Assembly: GCF_963676685.1 (NCBI RefSeq)
Contig: NC_092348.1
Coordinates: forward strand, 40,176,001-40,240,000
Length of the DNA stretch: 64,000 nt
Origin: Mytilus edulis
Taxonomy: Eukaryota
Direction of reading: 5' to 3'
How positions within the stretch are numbered: position 1 is the stretch's first letter; each line of letters opens with the position of its first letter. Shown piece by piece: positions 11,954 through 24,312 of this stretch. Both the position numbers and the translations under genes were made by a program. Under the pieces are notes generated by a model, which saw nothing but the letters and a program-made list of their open reading frames with translations, did not search any database and was not told where the DNA came from.

Positions 11954-14625
11954 TCATACTGTTTCAAAAGCTCCTTCATAACATTGACAAGCCTTGACTT
12001 TTTCACCTGACAGTTCATAGCATATTCCAAGCATTCTCAAATTTGAAAGTTGAGAATGGACCGTATATTTTTTCCCATCCACTAATAATTCTAAATTACG
12101 AATTGCATGCTGTCTGTTTGGAATATCACCAAGATGATGATAACATAGGAATTTAAGAAAGTGTGACATGATAATAGGTGGTACAAAAATGGTCATATCT
12201 CCCTGTGTTAACTTTAATTCTTCTGGTATTAATGATGAGTCTTTCAAGTACATAACACAATCTCGAGTAGCTACTGTCATCCTTTCATTTAATGTCATTG
12301 TAGAATGTATATTTTGTCTGTAGATGTTTATATTTGTTTCATTATAGACACCTTTGCCTAAATACAGCATGGTAGGATCACATCTTGCTAGAACATAATC
12401 TAGTAGTCTTAAGCATACATTGTACTGTCCTATCACGTAATAAAACGACGCGTATAACAACCAACCCGACACAGCATCTGTCTTCAAACCGTCTTGCAAA
12501 TGTCTATGATAACAGTTGTGTATCATGTACGTTTTATTCATTGCGAATGGAGGCGGTAGTAGTTGTGCTACATGTTGATTGATTTTCGCATAGTGATAAT
12601 TACATACACCAATGATAAATTTAGAAGATTCAGACTTCAATAAATATTCAATCAATTCAAATTCTTTATAATAATGTGACATATTTCTTTCGTGCGAATA
12701 TGGTAGGTAAAAAACTTTATAAAATAGTGTGTCTAACTTTCCAGACGATTGTTCACTCTGTTTATCTAATGGAAGATAAAAGCGATTGTTCTGTGGAAAT
12801 AAATTCTTTAACAATCCAATAGTTTTACCACACTTTATACCTTCAAGTACATCAAGTAGTACTTTATTGTTACTCTGATTGATCTTTCCTAAGAACATGT
12901 TGTGTTCAGGTATGAAATAGTTTGGACAGTAACATTTGTCTATCCACGATATTAATTTATCAAGACAGAGAGAAAAACAATAAAACAATTTAGGCAATCG
13001 AAATATTTCAATATTCTCCTCCTCCGAGACCCAGAATAAAGCCGTCTTCAAAAAATAGGAACACACTAAATCTTTGACATTATCTTTTGTGTTAACAGCA
13101 CGTTTTAATGTTAATTTCAGAAGACCGTAACATAAAAGTTGGGTGAAATTAAATGAATGTACAAGTTGTTTTTCTGCCACAGAAAAAGACAATCTCCACA
13201 ATAAGTGATTTTCTGATATAGTTTTAGGTCCTATTGGTACTAACAGACATCCGAAGCTGATAATCCTATCAATAACGAGATTAGGAGGCCATTGTTTTCG
13301 ATGACGCCATACCCATGGAATGGCGTTGTAAGGGAAATATTTACTACGTAGGCAAAACGCAATATCGAGCGTTTGTTCTTTGTCGGATAGACATGGACCG
13401 TGAGCAGGTAGATCCATATTAGTATCCAACATTAGATGATGAATTACACCAACAAAGCCTGTTACTGAAAAATAAAAGCATTTACTGGTATCTCTAAAAG
13501 AGGCATCTTGTACAAGGAGGGATTCATTAACCTCTCCTGCTAGTAATTTGAGCTTAGTAAACCCAGGATGATCAAAATCTGTCTCCATTACTAGTGTAGT
13601 CCGTTGGCAATATTGTTTGACATTTCTTGTATTTTGTATTACATCTATATTATTTAAAACGTACATATCATCTCGGTCACTGCCTGGTAAATCCAATCCT
13701 TCTGCTAAACTTCCACTTGATATTTTGGTTGAATTAGGCGACGTTGCATTATGTATAGTATTCTGTATGATACAAAGTCGTTGTCGAGTACGTATATCTA
13801 TTTCAGTACCAGCGATATTTAGAAGGTGTTCGTATAACTTTTTATCCTCTAAATTATTTCCTGACCAACAATAGTTATCTGTGAAATATTTAAATATTTA
13901 GTTTAACATGTAACAACGTCAATAGAAATTGTGAACATTTATTAAGACAGTTATTGCATATTTTTGTTGGTTTTGCAGTTGTTTCATGACTTCATAATTG
14001 CATACACTAAATATTTATTGATAATTAACGTATTTTTTTAAAAATTTTCCTCCATGCATAATTATGATTTCTGTATCTTTTTAAATGCTGCATTGTCAGA
14101 TTGCAATATTATACCATTTACAGTTTAGATTTCAATTTAAATGAATTAAAAGAAAGGTTCAAAAGTGACCTTATAAACATATGATATAAATTAATGAATA
14201 TATTTTTGAAATCATTGATATATCTATTGTACATTAACCATTGTGTGCGATGTATTAAATACTATATACATACCATTGCTTTGATTATACATACCATTGC
14301 TTTGATCTGTACAAGTCTGTAAGTATTCGATATATTCGTTTGAAGATTTGTCTGGATATCTGAGGTTAAGTATCCATTGCTCTTGTGTTGTTCTTCTTTC
14401 TAAGCAAGCTCTAAACTCGCGTTCAAATTGACTGATTGTCAATCCAAAAACATCATTTGAGATGATCATCCCTCCATCTAAAGATTGATAAATCAACGGC
14501 TTGTATCTGCGTGTACCAGGATATGGAAAGCGTTTTAAATCATATTTTTCCCAACACGTAGTTTTCCTCATGCCGTACAAACATTTTTTGTCATTGATTT
14601 CTATGTTTCTTTCCCTTCTAATCAT
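11954..14625 (-). CDS. cGAS-like receptor (Mab-21 nucleotidyltransferase) copy A with novel N-terminal exon and C-terminal helical/TPR-like region, ~751 aa
   Basis: Exon 14625-14295 (ATG follows acceptor TTTACAG|TGACC; phase-1 donor G|GTATGT) and exon 13878-11954 (acceptor TTTCACAG). Motifs SGSLAEGLDLPGSDRD, HGPC..DIAFCL, WRLSFSVAE, CSYFLKTALFW, CPNYFIPEHNMF. Confidence 0.9.
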
Positions 14626-14929
14626 GGTCACTGTAAAGAAGATGTTATTAACTATAATACTTTTATTTAAAATACATATCTATCCCATCGACCTTGGAAT
14701 ATAGTATACCACGGATACTAATAAGTCTACTGCATGATTACGTATATACAGAAATTGACAATTATATTCGGTTAAAACCCATAATTTACCACATAACATA
14801 TGATTTCAGCTTTGCAGTTGCGAACGTGTCGTTTTGAGGCAGCAACAATCAAGCAGCAACCACAAATGAAGTATTTATCTATAAATTAACACGATATACA
14901 CTGCTTGTGCTTCCTATCATATTTTGTTT

Positions 14930-15035
14930 TGATTAGTGAGTGTTGCCTACAAGGAAGCTTCTGAACAAAGGTTTCGAAATGGTAAAGTTGAAATCATCCT
15001 TCGAAAGTTTTACAAACATCAGTTGGTTGACATTT
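14930..15035 (+). mobile_element. Ancient Naiad-type RT C-terminal fragment upstream of the cGLR copy A start codon
   Basis: Decayed version of LLTRKLLNQGFxxVKLKSSxxKFY; an equivalent fragment is at 27870-27985. Confidence 0.55.
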
Positions 15036-17800
15036 CTGTATATGTTTAAATTGCCATAATTAAATTCCTGTCAGGAACAGAAAACGTTTGTACCTTTCAT
15101 AAGCACTTTTTATTTCTTTATTCAAAATTGAACACTACTTAAATGTGGTTTTATATTGACCTTGATGACGTTGCACAAGTAAGATACTCATCTTTACAAT
15201 GTACATGTGTCGTTCAATGTTGTTTATTATCTTTGTCCGTCTATGTTTACGATGAAGTTGGTTTATGATGATCGATGTGGTCTATTGTGCTTTGGAATAT
15301 TTTGTATTATTCCTGTTATCAATCTTATGTATTAATCAAAATTATGACATTTGTCAAAGAAAGATGATGTCATATTAAAGAAATGTAGACCAGATCAAAT
15401 TATGTGTAAAGAATTTCTCAGAAGAGGAAATGATGAAATCAAATTTGCAACGGCAGATTTGAACCGTAATAGAATCTACTAGTTTTGTTAGAACAGTAAT
15501 AATGCTACCGCTAATTAGAATGAAAATTTGGGTAACTTTTTTTTATTTACAAATACTAGTATGTGGCCTTGAACTGTCGGTTCCTCTTTTTTAATGAGAT
15601 GAAATGTGAAATAATGATCTTATTAAATAAATATTTCACCTGATTTGATGTTGTTAATTACAGTTTCATCTTTCATTGGATCATTTGTATCTTTCAATCT
15701 ATCTGGTCTTAAATATTCATTGTGTCGATTTCAGACTTACTTCCCCCGAACGTTGTTGAAGCAGGTTTTAGACCCGAGCACACATCTATTATTTGCCCAA
15801 GCAGACATGCCATATAAAAAGTGTACCAATAAAACCTCTTTTTTACCAGATCTGATTTGAAATTGGTACATTATTATATGTTCAAGAAGTCATTGTTTAT
15901 AGTAAATTCCCTGGAAATACTTAAAAATCCAATTCTCGGTGATGATCCAATATTATTTGTTGATAGCTAGAATGAATATGTTTTTTTTGTATAAACAAAT
16001 TTTATCACCTTACCTTTCTTTTAATACAGCTAGGTATAAAATGTGATTGAAGCAATATCACTTGTACTATTCAAAGAAAATGTTAAAGGAAGTTGAAAGA
16101 AAAATAATTGAAAACGTCCTGGTAAAAAATGTAAAAAAGATCAGTGTCAATACCACTATCTTATTATTTTGTTTGTATTAGAACATATAAAAAATGTGAG
16201 CTTAGTATACATTCGTTACTTTATCTTTTAATATCACCTTGACTATAAAAAAAAGATTAAGGAAGCTTTAATAAAGAGTTTGGAAAAATTTCCTTGTGTG
16301 AAATTTTAAGGTGCATGTCCCAGGACATATTAATGTTATATTTCGTGCTAAAACATAAATGTTGAAGAGATTGTATAGATTTACTAAAAAATAAATCGAA
16401 ACAAAGCGTAAGGGAATCTTAGTTCAATAAATAACTCTAATTCTAAATATTTGATTCACACATTTGCCACTTGTCATGAATTACATGTAAGAGTAGTCCA
16501 TGCATGTATTGTATATATATCCAAGTTAATTCGTATGCAAGTTGGATTGAAACGAAGAAAAGTAAATCTCATTGGCAAAAAAAATAATAAGTGTAAACTA
16601 TTTTTCATGGGGACGGGAACAAATAAAAAAGCAAATGTTTGGTCGTCACCTACGCGTATCATTTTAGTTGTTGTAAATGAACATAAAATTAAAGTAGAAA
16701 TAAAAAAGCGCCACAAATGATGGCCAAATTTTGCAAATAAGATGTTTTTTTTATTTTATTTTAAAAGAAAAGCGAACAGAGCTTGTTGCATGTATTCAAG
16801 GTTATAATAAGGTTAAATGTACATATTCATTTCTATAGGATGTCAATGGTGGAGCATTAAATAGGGGTATGAATGAAATAAACAAAACATTAATGCGAAG
16901 AACAGAGCATTTGCGTAATGTCCAATCTGATGTTGTTTTGGCTATTGTCTAAATTAATCAATCATGAATTCTGACAAGATAGATGCGCAATAGTTTCTTG
17001 CTGATCCTGAAGCACTCTTTCCCAATCACCACATTTTAAAACTTTCAAAACTCGCAAGGAAGTTTATGAACATATATGTTATTAGTTTTCGGATAGTTTT
17101 GTTAGTGTATCGTACATTATACCATAGTTATTGTTTAAATCCACGGCCTTAACCACGCGACAAGGTCGAGAAACGACTGTTTGATATTGAAATCGAATGC
17201 CGAATGTTGAAAATTGAATGTTAAATGTTGAAATCGAATGTTAAAACAATCAGTTCAATTTCTACAAAAGGTTAAACGTATTTAAAAAATATTGTCCACT
17301 GCTCTTTCCTGTTCTCTTGAATATTCTTGGGAATATATTTGACCGTTGTCGCACTGTGTTTTTATATTGATGAAATCCTAGTCTTAATATGCAATAAAGG
17401 GTTCATTTTCTAGGCCACAGTTGTTTAACCATGTTCAAATCTCATGAATCGCGCTTGCGTAGATATACCTCCAAAAGAATAACTTAAAATCGAATATTTG
17501 AAAGACAAGGTTCTAAGAACTGAGACAGTTAAATAGTTGTATGACCAAAGAGGACAAACAAATAATAGCCATGCAAATGCATTTAAGGAAAACTTTCCTG
17601 AGGGAGTTGAAATCTAAGTTTCTTTATAATTTCTAAAGGATTAAAATCTTGGAAACCACCGGAAACGGTGGGAACCACATAAACTCCAAAAAGGAGATAC
17701 ATAAGGTTAGTCGCCATGGTTAATGTCTTCTACTATATATGCATCCCCTGTCATGATAGTTAACACCGAGTCAAAAAGTTACAATCAAGAATAGCAAACA

Positions 17801-17981
17801 ATTAGCCGTTTCAGAATCTTAAGCATCATGGGCAATTTCATTGTTCGTAACCCAAAGTAAAATTAAGGTCACGTCATTGGTTAAATTTCCATTGTTTATG
17901 ACATTTTTAACTAATCAGGACGTTTTGGTGTACACTTTTGAAAATATTACCCAGGATGCATTAGATTCTGAAACGGCGAGT
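17801..17981. mobile_element. MITE with ~35-bp terminal inverted repeats
   Basis: GCCGTTTCAGAATCTTAAGCATCATGGGCAAT versus ATTACCCAGGATGCATTAGATTCTGAAACGGC. Confidence 0.7.
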
Positions 17982-19759
17982 CGATAAAATTACAGATCGG
18001 ACGACTATTCTGGTATCCAAGACCTCGATTTTGTTTTGCTACGGAGCCAAGAGCAAAAATTTTTAATAATTAGTTTGCCTCCCAAAGAGGATCAGTTGGT
18101 TAACCAGTTTTAACACAGAATGTGTCAGTTCAATAAAGGCAACAGTAGTATACCACTGTTCGAAATTCAGTTAAAAAACAGACAGTTAATTTGTAATGTT
18201 TATGTAGGCATCACTTTTTTACGAAACTAATTCTAATTCCTTAATGAGGGTCGGTATAATTAAAATAAGGAAAACAAACGTTTTGATGAGTAGCAACCAG
18301 CAAAATTGTCGGACAATACTCAACAATTCAAATATAAATATTATCTATTTGGAGTCATGCTTTTTGCTGAAATCACATATTCGTTCAAGTGTACTTTGTG
18401 TTTTATATTCAACTGTAAAAATTCATGATATGAACCTAATAACAATATTGAAACACACCTAGCTACGTGTATGTACATGCGTGGATACAATCTAATGAAT
18501 CAGATTATACATGTATAACGCGAATGATGTTCCTACATATGAAATCTATTCTAAATGAAAAGGGTTACAAGAATAAACTTTGTATCAATATCATTAGCAT
18601 CAATAATCATTTTGCCAAGCTCTTAATTCTCAAAAGGATACAAATGTTTTATATTAGAAAAGTATTGTAATTTTGACCATTCGATGCATCATAACACCGC
18701 AAACCTGTAAAGCATTTTGAATAAAAAAAGCTACTTAGAGAATGATAACTATTTTGTTTGAATTAAGTTTACAGATAATTGATTAAACCATCTTTAACAC
18801 TAAATTAAAAGGTCAGAAGGTATTTATTTTCAATTTGTTCTTTCTCCAAACGCGAAAGTCAGCTTATTATTCGGTCAGTATATGATATAAGACTAAACTA
18901 GAACTATGCCTATAATGATAATGAGGATAGTGTATATATATACTGCATGATACTTAATTCCAGAAATGTACAGCACATTGTGCAAATTGAAAGAAAATGT
19001 TGAAACAATACAGTCTTATTAACTAGAATTTTAAATGTTATATATTTCTCAAAAAGAAAATAATAAACCCAGATTTATATTCCTCCTTGATTTTCAAATG
19101 TCTAGGTTTGAGCCTTTCTGATGAAGGTATATCACTTAATTAAAACATATGTCACGGCATTGGAGAGACTTCAACAAAATCTTTATCACTCGAAACACAA
19201 AAACCTCTCTCACCCAGGCATAAATTGGCTCGGCGAGATTTACTGATGTATTGTATCAAATTTGTGGATTTCAATGCACATCAATTTCGTGTTTGATTGA
19301 CTTTGCAGTGTTTTGATGCGAGTACCACTTATTGGTCTAATATATACAAAACATGAGTTTGATGTAATCTTTAATAAGTTTCTATACTCATTTTAGTTCT
19401 TCAGTGATAACTGATCTATAACTTTTACTTAGTTTCTGACAGTTAACTAACCCAAAGCTATTAGTTTTTTTATGCTTTTGCAGAGAACAGACATTTATAT
19501 TTTCTTCATTGCTGAGACATTACCAATACATTGTACCACATTACTGATTTTTGATTAATGATTTTGTACTGCATTGGTATTACCGGTCACATACATTATA
19601 CATACAATGAAATTATTTGTGTCAATATAATGGGTTACTTTTGTACCAATAAGTAATAATTTTCCAGAATTAACTGGCGGTAAAAATCTCACTAAAGTTA
19701 TTGTTCACATATTTGTTTATAATGGATAAGAAAACAAGTAATTGCAACTTATATTCATC

Positions 19760-20632
19760 TCTTTCCACTTTGTGGGTGCGAGGTCTGCCTTGTAGCGGCA
19801 TGAGCCTGCTCTTATTCGTAATCTACAAGGGTGTCTTTTACGTGCACGATATTAGACTTCTAAACACGGTCAGCCATTTATCGTCCCCTTCCGACCGACT
19901 ATCATCGTTTATCAAGACCATACTTGCAAATAGTGTCAAGGGAGAGAGAGCAAATAATTCAATCCCTGAAATTTCTCCACGGAACGTAGGTCGAACCAGA
20001 AAAATAAAGGCAACAGTAGTATACCGCTGTTCAAAACTCATAAATCCATGGACAAAAAACAAAATCGGGGTAACAAACTAAAACCGAGGGAAACGCATTA
20101 AATATAAGAGGAGAACAACGACATAACACTAAAATGTAACACACATAGACAAAATCCCACGAGAATAACAAATATAACATATATATATAACATCAAAACC
20201 AAATACATGAATTTGGGATAGACAAGTACCGTGACACGTCTTATCGCAATGTGAATTTACACTAAAAAATAAGAGAAAACAAACGACACATCGTTATAAT
20301 GTAATACACACAGAAACGAACTATAATATAACAATGGCCATATTCCTGACTTGGTACAGGGCATTTTTAAAGGAAAAAATGGTGGGTTGAACCTGGTTTT
20401 GTGGCATGCCAAACCTCGCACTTTTATGGCCATGTGAAATATAACATCAAAATGACAACACAGGACTACAATATAAATAAATTGGAGAACACAATTGACA
20501 AAGAATCACACGAACAACAGCCAACAAAAGGCAACAAGTTCAAAATTTTAATACGCCAGAAGTGTATTTTGTCCACACAAAAACCTTTGTGTTAGTAGTC
20601 CGATGCTCTAACCACTACACCACGGTCCTCTT
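19760..20632 (-). mobile_element. tRNA-derived SINE (Nin-domain-like) split between its A and B boxes by a ~590-bp repeat insertion
   Basis: Minus-strand head GAGGACCGTGGTGTAGTGGTTAGAGCATCGGACTACTAA (20630-20592) holds the A box; B box GGTTCGACC at ~19998-19990; insertion at 20000-20590. Confidence 0.6.
20000..20590 (-). mobile_element. Retrozyme/PLE-related interspersed repeat (inverse copy at 30150-30642; related piece at ~33640-34015)
   Basis: Shares AAAGGCAACAGTAGTATA, CCTGACTTGG and AACCTGGTTTT motifs with the other copies; a decayed hammerhead flank (…TCTGGCGTATTAAA) lies at the 20550-20585 end. Confidence 0.55.
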
Positions 20633-21299
20633 CATGTCACTAAAGTTATAAACCACTTCCCGAATCCTAGTGAAACTATTGAAATTAACATTGCAGATCA
20701 ATAACTAAAAAACTTACATTTATCAGCTTCTTTCGAATCATCTTATATGAATTGTTCTCGAAATTTCGTGCAAAGTGTTTTTATTTTTAGACAACCCAAC
20801 ATTAAGCTGTTTACCTTACACATTATTTACCACTTTTTCATAGAGCTACTTGTCTTCACATTGATAAAGCTTGCGGTAGCCGGGTGTTACCTTTCCTCGT
20901 CAGTTTTAATCTAGCGTCGTGATACAGTACAAAATATATAAGACATGAAGACGGTATTGTTACAGATCAGCTGAATTATATATTGTAAAAGATTCTAAAT
21001 TAATGCAAGATACAGTCACAGAAATAACTATATTTACAAGTCCTTCTGAGCCAGTGACAACTTTACAACAGATTTATCCATCGGATCACCAGCAGTGATG
21101 GTGATACATGTCTGTGTATATTCTGTATATTCAACTCGTCAAAACATCAACCCAACAATGTTAGATCTGTAAATTTGTTTTTGCAAATTGTTTGTTTAAT
21201 CAGTACATTTATATCTATATGCAAGATGCCGTAATCATCCAATTATTAAAATTCAGAAAAGTTGACTACGATTGCGAGAAGGTTGATTCGGCCGAAGGT

Positions 21300-23290
21300 T
21301 GAACTTTTCAAAATTCCGCTACCGATATTATAAAAATTTCTATTATATTCATTGCAAATATTACATCGTTTTTATCTTTACGAAATAATGTTGTGTCATC
21401 TGCTAGTTGTGAAATTTTAACGCTGTAACTTTTCCCATCTAACTTAATAGTGATTCCTTTTACTTCGTTGCTATTCCTGAACTTAAGAGCCATAATTTCA
21501 ACAGCCAAAACAAACAATAACGCTGATAGAGGACAGCCTTGTCGGATTCCCCGTGAATTTTTGAAATTTTCTGATACCCACCCATTGTTCATAACACATG
21601 TTTGAACATCTGTATACATAGTTTTAACCCACTTAATAAATGATTCATTAAACCCAAAATGTTTCAAAGTTCCAAGCATACAATCCCATTCTAACGAATC
21701 AAATGCTTTTGTAAAATCCACAAAAACAATTGCTCCCTCAATTTTGTATGTATCTGAGTAGTCTTTTACATCTTGGATTTGTCTCAGATTAAACCCGATG
21801 AATCTATTTTTAACATAACCGGTTTGGTCCTCATTTATAATTTTTGGAAGTACCTTTTTTAAGCGTTGTGCAATAACATATGACAAAATTTTAAAATCTT
21901 TATTAAGAAGGGATATTGGACGATAGTTTTCCGAAAGTAAAGGATCCTCTTTTTTGAATATCAAAGTTGATATACTAGTATGTTTTGAATATGAAAGACT
22001 GTTTCTATCGTATCCTGTATTTAAGACATTTACTAGTAATGATTTAAGCTTATTCCAAAAAAATCTATAAAATTCTACCGTAAGTCCATCAAGACCTGGA
22101 GATTTATTTAATTTCATTATAAAGATACCATTTGTGCATTCCTCTACTGTAATTTTCCCATCGCATATTAGTTTATCATGTTCATCAACTCTATTTTCTA
22201 ATTTTGTATCGCTGACATATTCTTCTGTTAAATCTTTATTTAAATTTTTTATTATACAAGTTTTCATAATAATCTTTTATTATGTTTAAAAGTTTCTCTT
22301 GATCCGAAATTATTTCCCCATTATATCCCATTAGCTTACTTATAGATTTTTAACTTGTCATTTTATTTCTAACCCAAGGAAGTAATCATTATTTTTTTTA
22401 ACAAATTCTACCCACTTTTCTCTAGATCTCACTTGAGCTACTTGCGCTTTTTCTTCATATATTTTATTTAGTTCTTCTTCATTACTATTTATTTCTTTTT
22501 CTATTTCATTGTCATCTATATTTGTCTCGTCCCTTATTTTTATTTTTTCTTCTAAGTCTTTTTCCAAAGTATATCTTCCCCCTTGGTTAACTTTGCTTTA
22601 TTTTTACAATAATTTGTTGTTACTTCCCTTACCGCGATTTTAAAACCATCCCATAATAAATTACAATCTAATGTTTCCTTTTCGAAAACATATTTATCTA
22701 TCAAAGTATTAATCAGTTCTTGGTAATCTTTATCTTGCAAAACTGAATTATTTATTTTCCAATACCCATTGCCCCTTTCTGATACCCCAGGTTTAAATTT
22801 TAGAAATACTCTTTGATTATCAGTGATTCGAATAACCGCCGAATTGATTTTACAAAATTCTATAAGTGGTAAAAAATCTTACTCATTAAAAATCAAATCA
22901 ATTCTACTAGCTTGTGACCTATCTCTTCTTCTTCATGTGTATTGTTGTTTATTTTCATTTAAATTTCTCCAAAGATCTGTCAGTTATTTATATTTAATCA
23001 AGTTTTTAAACCCATGTACAGGTTAAGTAAATTTACATGGCCGGATAGATTTTCTATCAATTGGTTTCATTGTCTCGTTAAAATCGCCCCCAAGCATTGG
23101 TATTTCGAGACCGTGTTCCTTTAAATAATCGTTGACCTTTTAAAAAAAAAGAATTTCTAGATGTTTTACAGTTAAGTGCATGTACATTAATAAATGTAAA
23201 AATTGAGTTATTTATCTGCACATTGATAAGTACTAATCTTCCGTCCCTATCAATAAATTTATTAATTAGTTCGTAGCTTAATTTTGAATT
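21300..23290 (-). mobile_element. Degenerate L1/Tx1 LINE ORF2 (APE endonuclease + RT), 3'-truncated
   Basis: GRLVLINVQI, LGGDFNET, SRIDLIF, RGNGYWKINNSVL, KSPGLDG, YRPISLLN, FVDFTKAFDS, GIRQGCPLS, SQLADDTT spread over frameshifted ORFs 21308-22267, 22358-22567, 22552-22740. Confidence 0.9.
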
Positions 23291-24312
23291 CTTGATTCAT
23301 TTAAGTTTACCTTAGATCACCTTTAGCCTTCAAATTTGAAAAAGGTTTTAACACATGAAGCGTTGTCAGACCCTTGTTAGCAAAGAGTGGATAAAGGATC
23401 TGTATTTGAATCAGATTGTTTAATTAACAATTTCAAATCATAAAATGAAAAACTCTTAAAAATACTTAATACTGTTGAAGTTATATTTGGTTCAAGGCAT
23501 AATAGAGGCGGAAAATATCGAAGGGATAATAAAACTCATAAGTTTATAACAACTAAAACTGCCATGGCAATAAACGAAAACCGACTAAAAGAGAAGCAAC
23601 GGAATTCCCCACTTGTGTTTCCCATAAGATCATTTGATTGTAAGTAAGATATTGAAATTAGGATTGAATGAATCTTCATTGCATTATCACGATTATTGCT
23701 TTTATCAAAATACAAGGCATATACATATATGACAAATACAACAGAATACAGAGAACTATTAAATAAATTAAAATAATGCAAAGATAACTTATAATAACTC
23801 ATACATGTGTACAACAAATTAAATGATAATTTGCAATCTTACTTTCCATGCAGCTATAAGACAACTAGTCTCTTAGTTAAGCATTTTGACCCAGCTTGTA
23901 ACAGAAAAATAAGCTTTCGTGTATTTGGCCATAAACAGTAATATTTTGCCTTGATCGTAACACCATCCCTTGATATTTTCTTTTATCAGCGACCAGATAT
24001 TAATAAGTGAAACGCATATTCATATTTTGAATATATGGACAATGCATAAGATTGTATCATAATTTCTTTGAGAATAAGCGTTATTAAATTACAAAGTACA
24101 ATGCTTGATGATTCAAAACTAAGATGAATAATATATGCTGCATTTAAATTTTGATTTTTTTCTTTTTCAGATGTACGACAAACAGATTCACCATGTTCCA
24201 AAATAATGAAATAAAAATGAAAAGAACACGTGAAATAATTTTATGCGTCCCAAGTGATTTTCCTGATTTCCCGTCATCAGGAATGCTGAAAGCCGCAAGC
24301 TTCATCATAACA

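Noticed and set aside
11954-11956. Sec readthrough of the cGLR copy A TGA stop
   Set aside because: The homologous tail is in a different frame and I see no SECIS downstream; a frameshift explains it better.
20590-20632. tRNA gene
   Set aside because: Only the 5' half is present; it is a SINE head separated from its B box by an insertion.
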